Assembly (NCBI RefSeq): GCF_000143415.4
Contig: NW_003314267.1
Span: 868,322 to 932,321 of the forward strand
Source: Selaginella moellendorffii
Lineage: Eukaryota; Plantae; Lycopodiophyta
Direction of reading: 5' to 3'
DNA: 64,000 bases
Shown: positions 23,874 to 40,815 of the stretch, piece after piece
Position numbering within the stretch: position 1 is the stretch's first letter
Layout of the letters: every line of letters starts with the position of its first letter
Made by a program: the position numbers and the translations under genes
Notes under the pieces: model-generated
What the model was told of the DNA's origin: nothing
What the model saw: the letters and a program-made list of their open reading frames with translations, nothing else
Database searches by the model: none

Positions 23874-24414
23874 TTGGAGTGCTGGATTAATGTGTGAAAT
23901 ACTACTCTACTCGTTCAACAGGTGACTATTGAGGGTATGTGCTGAAAGCATAGAGATCCAAGATGCCGTGCCTTGCTCCAGCTTGCAATGAATACATTTA
24001 AGTCACCTTTTTCACTATCTCATTTTGCAGGATGCTGTAACAAGTGTTTTGCATGAGACAAGTTTTTTTCTGGAGCATCATTTGTCCAACTTCCTTTCCT
24101 TCAACATAATGCCCTTTCTGGGCATTTGCAGAATCATTCATTCCGAATCGGATCTCTCAAAATTATCCTTCTCCCCTTCACCTTTGTAATGGCATTACAA
24201 ACCCTGTGCACATTCTTATGGCAGCCTGAGTTGATCAATCCAGGTAATACTGTTCCCTGCTCGGGCACGAAAACACCGCAGTCAGCAAAATTTGGGGCTT
24301 GAACGTTGCGCACATACAACGCAAAAATCATGGTTTTGCATTCAGATATTGTTATTCTTATTATAGGTAATTTGAAAGAGCAAATTCCAAGTATTTGTAT
24401 ATTTTAGTGGAGCG

Positions 24415-24665
24415 AAGTACAGTCTGGAGAGGGCTTCCACAAATGATATCAGCTAAAGAGGCGACAATGCGGCTGTCCATAAAGGATTCCTCTTGCACAA
24501 AATCATATATGTGATTCCTTGTGCTGAGTGGATTCGGGTATGGAATGTTTCTGGAAGGAGCAACATAGGGAAAATGCTGCCCTTCACAGCTCCCGCAAAG
24601 CAAACCAACGATCAGAATCTATCACATCCAAACTTGCAATCCAAAAATTGAGGTAGGGATAAACT
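24415..24665 (-). pseudogene. Decayed partial copy of the secreted PEBP-like gene at 12018-12604
   Basis: YPYLNFWIA and PYVAPSRNIPYPNPLSTRNHIYDFV...MDSRIVASLADII..CGSPLQTV match the intact gene, but with deletions, a frameshift, a lost splice acceptor and no 5' half. Confidence 0.75.
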
Positions 24666-24825
24666 TAATTGATGTTTTGTTGTGGGCATTTTCTCAGGAT
24701 TATACAAAGCAAAATAGCAAAATTAACACCGCAAAAACTGTCTATTTTCCATTTTCCCCTTTGATCTCCCCTTTTCACCCTAGAATAAATTCAAATGTCT
24801 AGGGTTCCCGCCTTAGGGTTCGCGA

Positions 24826-25865
24826 ATGCAAGGCAGCGCTCCATCGCGGCCCGCCACAGCTGAGGAGGAGGCATGGCTGGATGCTCAAGAGTGTCTGGAT
24901 CATGCCCACACTCAGTGGCTCTACGCCAGCGACGGAATCGCTACAGTAGCGCAGGTTTTGATCCCCAATGTCCTTTCATTTAGTCTCTATTTCTTCATGC
25001 ATTCGTTAGGATGCCCATGGCTTTGAGGATTATGGCTTTGAGAATTCCGAGGCTTTCGGGATGATGAGAGACGTGCAACAAGCGTAAATCGCCAGCCATC
25101 GAATTTACAGCTTTCTCAAGCTTTTTGTTTTTGTTTTTCCCAGCTCCGAGTTTCTTGTGAATCGAGAGATAGCAACAAAGGCGTCGTTTCATCGCCTGAG
25201 TTCCATGCGGAAGTCTGCACTGAAACTAGTAAGCATAATTGATGAGGCTATCCATACTGTTGTTCAAAACGAACGGTGCGTCTATCGCAACTCTCTAGTT
25301 TTTCTTCCTTCTAAAAGCATGCGTGTTCTTCAGGAATGCTGCCCTGGAGAAAATCGAGGCTGTGATGCAAATGAAAAACGAATGTGAGGAAGTCGCAATA
25401 GCCGAGCGAATGCAGCTCCAGTCCGAGGTTGCACTGCTTAAGCAGCAGGGAGAATGCCTGGTAGATCTCCTGGTAAGTTTTTCCTTTTCCATAAACTTCC
25501 TAGATCGATGTCTCTTCCGATGACTGACTTTGTTGGTTTTCAGGAACAAGAGAAAGACAAGAGCATTTGTGCAATCTGCTTTACAAGAGTAAGCCCTTCC
25601 CATCGATTTCTTTCTTTTTGATTTGCTCGCATTCGCGTTTGCAGCCGAGGAACGTCATCACTTTACCTTGCTGTAAGGAAGAACACTTTTCCTTTGCTTT
25701 CGGTGCTGCAACTTGACTTAGTTCTTTCTTTTCTTTTTTCTGGTTGTTGTTGCTGCAGTGCACTTCCACTACTGCAACTCGTGCCTCGATCAGCACCAGA
25801 GAACAAATCGAACTTGTCCGAGCTGCAGATGCCCGATAAGTGGGACGCTGAAGTGCAGCTTATAA
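24826..25865 (+). CDS. Coiled-coil plus C-terminal RING-HC (C3HC4) E3 ligase-like protein, 7 exons
   Basis: Manual splicing yields EQEKDKSICAICFTR|PRNVITLPC|LHFHYCNSCLDQHQRTNRTCPSCRCPISGTLKCSL*. Confidence 0.82.
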
Positions 25866-26404
25866 AATCCATGGCGACGTCTCTCGAAGAAATCCTTGCA
25901 GGGATCGCACGAGGAAGAGCGAAAATACTTTAAAAAAACACGAAGAAAGAAGAAAAGGAAAAAGAGCTTTTTCCACAGCTACAATGTGGAAAACACTACT
26001 ACAATGTCAATCAATCAATTCGTTCACAAACCTTGAGAAAATAATGATTATAGTGGAGAGTTTTACTTGGAAGAGTGGGGGAGTGGAAGTTATATAAGAA
26101 GAACTACTGTTCTAGTTTGTCATGGTCTGGGCATAGAGAAGCTCCACCTATAATCTCCAATGCCTACATAAAAATATTATAAAGAAGAACACAAGGGCAC
26201 AAGGAAGGTTTTGGGTTTGTGATTTTATGGAAGAAGAATATATGGCAGGGCGACACTGGCAGGGCGGGGCCGCCTGATCTCTCCGCCCCGAAATCCCTCT
26301 CGCCGGTGGATGGATCGGATCCCATGGAGTGTAGGCGCAGCTTCCAGCTCGATCAATTCATGTGGCGCCTGGCTTGGATGAGAAATCGGACCTAGGCCGG
26401 AGGT

Positions 26405-29770
<3,366 letters not shown>

Positions 29771-29943
29771 CATGTATATTATGATTCTTCCCGGGTTTTT
29801 TTTTTTTCTTCTTTTTTTTTGCTTTCTTATTTGAAGCGGTGTTGTAAACAAGGTTTTGAAGTAAACAGGAATGTAGGAATTATAGCTATATCGTATTAGG
29901 TTTTAGGGTTTACAGGGACTTAGGGTTTATAGGTGTGTGGAAA

Positions 29944-30620
29944 ATGGAGGAGCGTAGCGAGGGCGCCAGCGCGCTGATCGCCGCCAAGATGCTGCAGGGA
30001 TGGGCGCTTCTCGGCGAGCATTGTCCGGCGTGTTTGACGCCACTGATGAGGAACAAGTGAGTGTCTCTATTCGACGGTTTAGTAATTTTGGATGCTTCGT
30101 CTCTAGGGAGAAGAGGATGTATTGCGTTTCTTGCCAGCAATGGGTAGTGCGTGAGAATGAGACTGCCAAGGTCGACAAGGCTGTGAAGATCGAGAAGATT
30201 GAGGCTGGTGAAGAAGATGGAAGAGATGGGAATTCGAGCGCGGCACCTTGGAGAGATAGAGATCAACCTCCACATTTGCTTCCAAAGGTAGTCGCAACTC
30301 ATTTCCATTTTCTCATTCCACTTTTCTTTTGTTCTAGGTGTCTGAGGAGTATTGGTCACCGGAAGTGATAAGCACTGTGGAAGTCAAAATCATGGTAAGA
30401 TCAGTATCGAGTCTTGAATCCCATTTGATTGGTATTTGTTTTGTCAAAGGAGCTGCGCAAAGCCATCGACGAAACTAGAGATGTTGCGCAACTAAAACTG
30501 GTAGGCCAAGTTTCATGTTTTCTTTTTCAACACAAACGCGCAACCTTTGCTTTTCCTTGGCAGCTCATAGATACTTTAACTTCGTGCTTGACATGCCTGG
30601 AGCTTCTCCGGAAAAACTAG
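29944..30620 (+). CDS. ZNRD2/SSSCA1-like zinc-ribbon protein (Auto_anti-p27 domain)
   Basis: ASALIAAKMLQGWALLGEHCPACLTPLMRNK...MYCVSC; short helical C-terminus. Confidence 0.82.
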
Positions 30621-31827
30621 CTCTCGAGCGATTCCGGCGTTCCTTTCCTCAGTCTCCGGGCCATGTAAACTTTCACGTACTCTCCGAAGCTCACTGGGCG
30701 ATACCGGGATGGATGATCCGCGTCGACGAATTCCGGTAGAGGCTTGATCGTCGCCTCCACCGCTGGGTTGAAGAAGCTGGAAATGGAGAGCCTCGCTCTT
30801 TCGGGATTAGCCAAGACTCGGTGCTCAAAACTCTTGTAACGCTTGTTGGTTGCGATCTGGAACAAAGGTAATATGGAAACTTCCATTCCGTTTCATCTTT
30901 TCTTTCTTACCTGCATTTGATCTCCAAAGTTGACGACGAGCGCTCTCCGGTTTGTGCTGATTGGCACCCATGGCGATTCTTCGTTCTTCCTCATTTGCAA
31001 GCCGGGGACATCGTCGATCAAAAGGATATTGAGGAGACCTGGAGAACAAAGAAACAATGAAGAACACGAAGGAGAATGAAAAACAAGTGAACTTTCACCT
31101 TGATCACAGTGGCTGCGAACTCCCAGCACTAGATCCGGCTGGGGGCAAGGGAGGTACCTGTTGAAGAGCAAAAGCTGGTCTAATGGATCGAATTCTCTCT
31201 CAAGACGATCGGGACGTAATCCCAGGCTCTCGGACGCAAGCGATATCACCTTGAAGGCCAAAGCTCGGATTTCCTGGCAATACTTCAGTGCTGCGCTCCT
31301 GAGAAGGAAGAAAGAATGAAGAGAAAAGAAGGAAAAGAAGAAGAAAACCTGAATGATGGAGGATTGCTTGGCCAAGTTTCGAACGTTTCTTCACTGAGTG
31401 GATGGCACTTCCCGACCACCAGGAAGTCCCTCCAGTCCTGGACGCCAGTTTCATCCAAGCGCGTCCCATATCTGGTTCCATTCATCTTTGGCTCGCCACT
31501 AAACAGTTCCATCCTTTGTTCCATCGGCTGTCCAAAGAATTCCAGTGCCGCTCGGACAATCCCCTCCATGGTCTCCTCTGAAACGCCATGGCTTGTGACT
31601 TGGAAGAATCCCCACTCCCTGGAAGCCCGCTCGATCTCGCCCACTATTCGCTGCCTGCCATGGCTGGATTCCAGATCTAGCAAATCTATCACTGGGATTC
31701 TCTCCTCGTCCTGGACCTCACCACTGAATCCATCAGAGAAGCAAACGTAAGCTTCTGGAACTTTGGTCACGCCTTGCTCCACGAGAGTTGGAACCGGAAC
31801 AGCTTGAGCGTACAAAAGAGTTCCCAT
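30617..31827 (-). CDS. 2-oxoglutarate/Fe(II)-dependent dioxygenase (DOXC class)
   Basis: IPVIDL, WGFFQVTSHG, DWRD, NRYLPCPQPDLVLGVRSHCD, VNFGDQMQI, YKSFEHRV, RLS. Confidence 0.94.
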
Positions 31828-32120
31828 GTCGGAAAAGGAAACAGAACAAACCTCTATCACACATTCTTTTGATCTTTCTCAGTAGAACTGACCTTTATTA
31901 TTATGACAAATATCGTGACCTTTTTGGGTAAAATATTGTGGAGCTTTCTAAACAGAAACCAATGTGAGGGAGAACCCTTTGATAAATCCCATTCTTCCTT
32001 TGGAAGCTCGTTGCTGATGCACGGAGACAGTTAAAAACGTAAGTAAAAGGATTAACTCTAGGCAAACGTACATTGAGAATGTCATCCATTGTCAATTGAG
32101 AGTAATCCATCATAAGCGGC

Positions 32121-32313
32121 ACTATTGAGCACCTCATCGTATTCGAACAGCTGTTTACGGGCTTCAAAATAATAGTTTTCGACTTTTCTTTGAGCCTCGT
32201 CCAGCGATTTCGTGAGCATTTTTGACTCGATCGGCAAATCCTCGATTTAGAAAAAACCAACAAAATGACAACTACCTCACCTTTATCTTTTCACCACCAA
32301 ATATCCGAAATAT
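32121..32313 (-). pseudogene. Isolated fragment of a plastid SecA gene (two exon pieces plus intron)
   Basis: Minus strand reads IFRIFGGEKIK|GT-intron...[42 protein letters not shown], a hallmark plastid/cyanobacterial SecA segment; no other SecA sequence flanks it. Confidence 0.8.
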
Positions 32314-32637
32314 GGTACCTTCTGCGGCCGCTGCCTGTAAGAACCTTTATGAGTAAAATTTTATGGAGCAAAAACAAATGTGAGGGAGAACCCTATCACT
32401 CAAAATACACCCTAAACCCTAAACCCCTAAGTATATTTTAGGTATATTCATTACCAAATTATTTAAATTAAAATTTTCATTAATAAAATTTAGATATCTT
32501 ATTTTAAATCATTATTTTTAGTTTTAATTAATTTTAATTTTCATAAGCAGGATGGTAGTGGATATACTAAGAATATTTTTGGATATTCTAGAATATTTTA
32601 CCATCTAACAGTTGTTATTCATTTATATTAGTCTTGT

Positions 32638-32673
32638 ATTTATAAATTATAAACATGTTTATAATTTATAAAT
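32638..32673. repeat. Perfect 36-bp AT-rich palindrome, with a degenerate copy at ~32735-32770
   Basis: ATTTATAAATTATAAACATGTTTATAATTTATAAAT is its own reverse complement. Confidence 0.85.
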
Positions 32674-33455
32674 TTTCTTAAATCCTTTCTAGCATATTCT
32701 TTGTTATTCTATCATCTGGAATAACTTAATCTTGTTTTTATAAATTACAAACATGCTTATAATTATAAACTTTATTTGATCAATTGGATTAATAAGTAAG
32801 AATAACACTCTATTTTGATACAAAATGGTAAAAATTTATTTTTAACACCAAATTTATTTTCTCACAAATAAAATTTCTCCTTCTCACAATTTCCATTAAG
32901 AAAGGTTTTCCTCAGTTTGTTAACATTTCTTCTATAGTATAGCTTGAGGAATAGCTTCTCGAGCTTTTGTCTCTTTCTTAAACTTACATAAGTGCTCCAC
33001 ATTTGCAAATTTGAGTAGTGCAAGAGATTGAGATTTATTTTTGAATCAAGTCAAATTTCTCTCCCCTTGTGTTTTTAAGTGTTTGATTATAATTGCTTTT
33101 ACATTTGGGAGAGTTTGAATACTCCAAGCTGTTTGGATATTATGGCTTTGGTCTTCAAAATAATATTTAGTTAAAGCTAAAAAACTTTTGCATTAGGTTT
33201 TGTAAATGGCTCTTGATGCTGGGAGGACACTCCTTCCCACAATATACTAAGGTTTGCAAGTAAGAAGGTTGTGTTTTTACTCAATGCTTGTTTCGACACA
33301 GAGAACATAAATCAAAAGAAAGCTTGCCTTAAGAAAATAGTCTTCTATTGGGCGTAGGGCTTTGCTAGGAAATGGCGGATTTCCACTAACAAGTTTGATA
33401 AGGTAAAACAAAATCAATGAAATTTGTCATTAATTAAGTTGATATGCACCACAGA

Positions 33456-33967
33456 GGCTTACGCACTGGTTGGAGAGCAAATACTATTCCAGCAATGAGA
33501 GGCACGAGGTTTCGAGGGCAGCAGAACTTGCACGCCTCACATTGGGTGTTTTTGACGAACCAGTGGGGAAACTTGGGATAACACCCAAAGCATCACAGGT
33601 TGTGACGCTTCTCACTCGAGACCAATTCTGGGACTTGTGTTCGGATATGTTGGACGAGCGATCCAAGCAGCACGAGGAATGGATTGAGCAGACCTTCACT
33701 GATGACCAAGATCTCAACTTCGTGCGCTACTTGAGGGAGGAGGAACGAAAGAACTCTCATTTTGGAAGTTTGGAACCACAAAGATTCACTAGTTTATTAT
33801 TGCTTTCGACAAATCCAGAAAGAGCTCGATCCATAGTCAATCTCTCCGACAGCGCTCGCATCCGCAAGGAAAGTAATGCCAACCAGATTGAGGTTTGCAA
33901 ACTCACTGTTAGCTGCAGACTCCAGAGCTATGGTAGAGATCTGGTTCATTTTGACTTCAAGGCCTGA
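33456..33967 (+). CDS. Hypothetical protein exon, unknown function; 3' end overlaps the protease gene antisense
   Basis: ~170-codon open frame after a CAG acceptor, with small candidate upstream exons (~33200-33400); no recognised motif. Confidence 0.3.
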
Positions 33968-34878
33968 CTTGTAACCTCCCTTTGTGTTTGATATCTCTTC
34001 GCCAGTGAAGCCAAGAGATTTCAAGGTTGAATTTGCCAGCCAGACTCCAGGAGATCCTAGAATTTATGACAAAGATTTCATTAGACAGCGAAAGTGGAAG
34101 CCAATATTGACAATTACCAGTGTCGAGAATAGCTGGGACTTCAATCTTTGTGTTCCCGTTCTCAATTTCCACGAGAAGCCAAGGCAATCCACCAAGTATT
34201 TTCCCTCTTGTAGCCCCTCTGTACAAAGCAATGTTTCATACTTTTGAAATTTATAAATCCAATAGCATACCTTGGAATGCTAGCAGTCTCCAGTGTTGGT
34301 CGATCGATCAATCTGATCTGCCACGACTCCTCCGCATCAGAAAAGTCCAGTAACATTCTTGTTTTAGCAGCAAAGAAGTAATTTGACCCCAAGACGGAGC
34401 ACGGGCTGTCATATGCAACAAGAGCTCGCACATCCACACCGTTCACTTGAAGCCTTATGATCTCTCCATCGCTTGCCTCATGCCCTTGCCCAAAGACAAT
34501 GTTCATGTCTTTACCAGCAATGACTGTTCCCAGAGCACCAGTGTCAATTGCAAACTCAATATAGCCGCTTCTCTCTGCGTCGACATACAATGTTGACGTG
34601 AAGTGATACTGATCCGTTACTTTGGCTTCATACACTGTTGCTGGAAAAGAAGAAAAAAGAAAATAAGGAGAGAAAAGAAACGAAGATTAATATTTTAACA
34701 CCTTTGGCTCGAGCTGTCACTAGACTTGACTTTGCAAACGCCAAATCTGTGACAGAGCACATATGTCAATCGAGGGAGAAAGTGAGAAAAAAAAAAACAA
34801 CAAACCAGAATGTAGAAGGGATGTTCTCCTGCAGGGCAGACCCAAGAATCCAGTGAAAACTCCTGGATGTCCTGTCAT
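33797..34878 (-). CDS. Tandem two-domain retropepsin-like (clan AA) aspartic protease, 5 exons, ~282 aa minimum; may extend 5' to 35746
   Basis: Exons 34878-34806, 34746-34702, 34640-34271, 34218-34118 and 34056-33797 join in frame through GT-AG introns of 52-61 nt. Domain 1: FAIDTGALGTVI...SVLGSNYF. Domain 2: AILDTGSPGVWL...NLVGITFL...IDY. Confidence 0.75.
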
Positions 34879-34991
34879 AGTATTATATAGATGGTAAAAT
34901 CAAGTTAAGGCCAACTTGTACTTAATGGTTTCTCTATCGCGTGTGTGAAGAGACGTCCCCGTGGGTTTGTAGAGCCTCTAACAGATAATGG

Positions 34992-35746
34992 CTATCTCCA
35001 TAGATATGACGACGCTATGATTCAATAGTCTATGCTCTTGAGAGTACTTTCGATAACTAACCTGGACGTGGAGAGTTCCAGCCTGATGGCTCTATCCCAA
35101 GAAAGCGCGGTGATTTAGAGTCTGGAAGTGTGTCGAGTTAGAAAAGTTCTCGGGGGAACGAGTAACAAACCAGTACGAGCTTTGCCTGCTAGCAGGAGAG
35201 CTTGTGGCGATTTTGAAAAACGCGCACGACCTGTGCCATGCAAGAGGCTAGTTAAAAACGAAAAGTTCTTCAAACACAGATCAACTAACGAGCGCTCGAA
35301 GCTTGGCCTGCTTTTCCATGATTGAGAATCGTTTGTCCAGTCCAGGCCGAAAGTCCTGTGGCTGAGAGGAATAAAACGTTAGAAGGTGAAGCCATGAGAT
35401 TAAATGCCAAAACCAGAACTTAGAGCTTGGCCTGGTGGTGAACCTGGAATGCCTGACAGCGATCTAGCAAAGAACGCTGTGTTTGTGTGTGAGAAAGATT
35501 GATTAAATCGTCTTGTGAAAACTGAACTAACCAGAAACTCGGGCTTGGCCTCCAGGTGACGTTGATCTGGCATAAGCTCCTGCTAGGAAAATTAGAAGGT
35601 CGTCTTGATAGATCGAAAGCTCCAAGATTCACCACGAAGTCCCGCGTCGCAGATAATCTGGAGGCTCCCGGATCCGCAATGGAAGTTTCGAGTGCTAGCG
35701 CCTTCGCTTCCAATGGGAATGCCATGCAAGAGCTCCACACCGCCAT
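34992..35746 (-). CDS. Micro-exon-rich ORF with transit-peptide-like start; either a separate small gene or the 5' part of the protease gene
   Basis: MAVWSSCMAFPLEAK... exon 35746-35532, then six small GT-AG-bounded exons in consistent phase; repeated RPSxxF motif; in-frame TAG at 34994-34992. Confidence 0.5.
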
Positions 35747-35910
35747 CGCCAATCCACGCTCACGCTCTCTTCTTCTTGAATTACCAATGAAATTCATCCC
35801 GCTACTTCACGTTTTACTGAAGCGCCAACTTTCAACGCTTTTGACTTGCGTAGAGGTCGAATCTCGCCAGTCTGGTAAGTCCTTCTAGGGTTCTAAAGAC
35901 AGAGTTGGAG

Positions 35911-38581
<2,671 letters not shown>

Positions 38582-38744
38582 TGTCGAAGAGATTGTCCAA
38601 GAGCATAGGAAATGGAAGCATGAAATCTATAGTTTATAGAAACTTTAGATTGTCTCTACAAGAGAAGAAATGTTTTACATGCCTAGTCTTAAGATGCCAA
38701 GAATCTCCATTTTGCGCTCCAGGGTTTTAGGGTTTCCAGGGAGG

Positions 38745-40461
38745 ATGGCGGCGGCGAGGGAGCCACAGCTCGTCCAGCCTCCAAAGGTATGGCTAGGCTT
38801 AGATTCGAGAGGGCGGGAGCGACATTTGGGATTTTTTCTCGCAGGGCACGCGAGATTTCAAGCCCGAGCAAATGATGGTGAGGAAGAGAGTGTTTGGCAT
38901 CGTCTCCAAGGTTTTCGAGCAGCACGGAGCCGTCTCTCTCGACACTCCCGTGTTTGAGCTCCGGGAAACTCTCACGGGAAAGTATGGAGAGGACTCAAAG
39001 CTCATCTACAACCTCGAAGATCAGGCTAGTGAAAAAAACTTTGCTTTCCGTTTGTTGCTTACAATTTTTTTTCTGTCTTTCAGGGTGGTCAGCTCCTTTC
39101 GCTCCGATACGATCTCACTGTTCCTTTTGCTCGATATCTGGCATCGAACAAGGTGACCAGCATGAAACGCTACCAGATCGGCAAAGTTTACCGGCGTGAC
39201 AATCCTTCTCGGGGGAGGTATCGCGAGTTCTATCAGTGTGACTTCGATATCGCGGGGCAGTTCCCGGCCATGATCGCGGATGCCGAGGTGATCAAGGTCG
39301 TGGTGGAGCTGCTTGATTCTCTCGACGTAGGGGACTACCAGGTGAGAAAATACTTTTTCGTGCTTTTCTTTTCTCTCGTTGCTTGATTCCAATCTTTGTC
39401 ACAGGTGAAAGTGAATCACAGAAAGCTTCTGGATCTAGTGCTCGCGTCTTGTGGAGTTCCCGAAGATAAGTTCAAGTCCATTTGCTCCGCCATCGACAAG
39501 CTGGATAAATCTCCCTGGGACAAAGTTCGAACAGAAATGGTGAGCCTTTTTGTTCGTGTTTTTACATGTGTGTTTGACAAGAGCTTGATTTCTACCAGGT
39601 GGAGGAGAAAGGCTTGTCACCGGAAGTGGCTGACAAAGTCGGTGAGCAAGTCTCCAAGAAAGGCAATGCGACGGACATGCTTGCTTACTTGAACGCGTAT
39701 CTCGGAGAGTCCCAGAATGCAACAGAGGTTCTCGAAGGCATGGAGACGCTCTTTGGCTTTTTGGAAGCTGGGAACTGCTTGCATCGCGTGGTTTTCGACC
39801 TTAGCCTTGCTCGAGGCCTGGATTACTACACCGGTGTCATCTTTGAGGCCGTTTTCACAGGCTCCACTCAGGTAATCTCGTCGTTTCTTCTTTCTGTTTT
39901 TCATCTTTGTTTGTATACTTCTTTTGAAGGTTGGATCGATTGCTGCTGGTGGTCGCTACGACAACCTCGTGAGCATGTTTGGCGGCAAGGAAGTGCCGGT
40001 TGTGGGACTTAGCCTGGGAATCGAGCGCGTTCTTCTCATACTCGAAGAGCGGGAGAAGGCAAACAAGGTGCGTGTTTCTCTCAGGATTTCTCATTACAAT
40101 CACTACTCTCTCTCCCTCTCTCGCACAGGTTGCAAGAACGAAAGAGACACAGGTTTTGATACTCTACCTCGGCAAAAACATGCACAAGCAAGCCTTTCGA
40201 CTGGCGAGCGAGCTGTGGGCTGCGTCACTCAACGTAGAGTTTGACGCCATCGCCACGTCCAAGCTCAAGAACAAGCTGGATATGGCGGGCAAATCCTTCA
40301 TCCCCTTCGTCGTCGTCGTTGGCGAGGACGAAGAAAAGAAAGGCGTGGTGCAGCTCAAGGAGATTGTCGTGAAGAAATCTCAAGAGGAAGAAAACAAACA
40401 AAAAGAGGAAATCCCGAGAAACGAACTAGCCAAGACCATCTTGTCCAGATTGCAAAAATAA
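38745..40461 (+). CDS. Histidyl-tRNA synthetase, eukaryotic cytosolic type
   Basis: [29 protein letters not shown]-like segment ([11 protein letters not shown]), [39 protein letters not shown]. Confidence 0.95.
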
Positions 40462-40815
40462 ATCTTTCGATCATTAGTCTCGACCTTTAACCTTTGCTCT
40501 TGGAATATTCTAGCCTTTGCCTTTAGAGTATTCTTTTGGCTTTAAACAGTTTTTGCCCTAATCCGGGGCTGGGGCGATCTGACGGCTGATGGGCGCGCGA
40601 GAGCTTTGGCTTGAGTGGTGGAATCTGGCGCTAGGGCTGAATCCCGGCGTGGATCCTGGGAGCTCTAGCTAGGGTTTGGGAGCGGGGCAGGGATTCTTGC
40701 GGAGAATGCGCTACGGGCGTGGATTCTACTGGCAGGCGCTTTTGCGAGCTGGGAGGCTGCTGCTCCATCTCAAAATGCCGTAGTACCGTGCCCGCGGGGG
40801 ATCGGCATTGCCGCA

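Noticed and set aside
31901-32263. 120-aa minus-strand ORF
   Set aside because: Wrong frame; the recognisable signal is the SecA fragment in another frame
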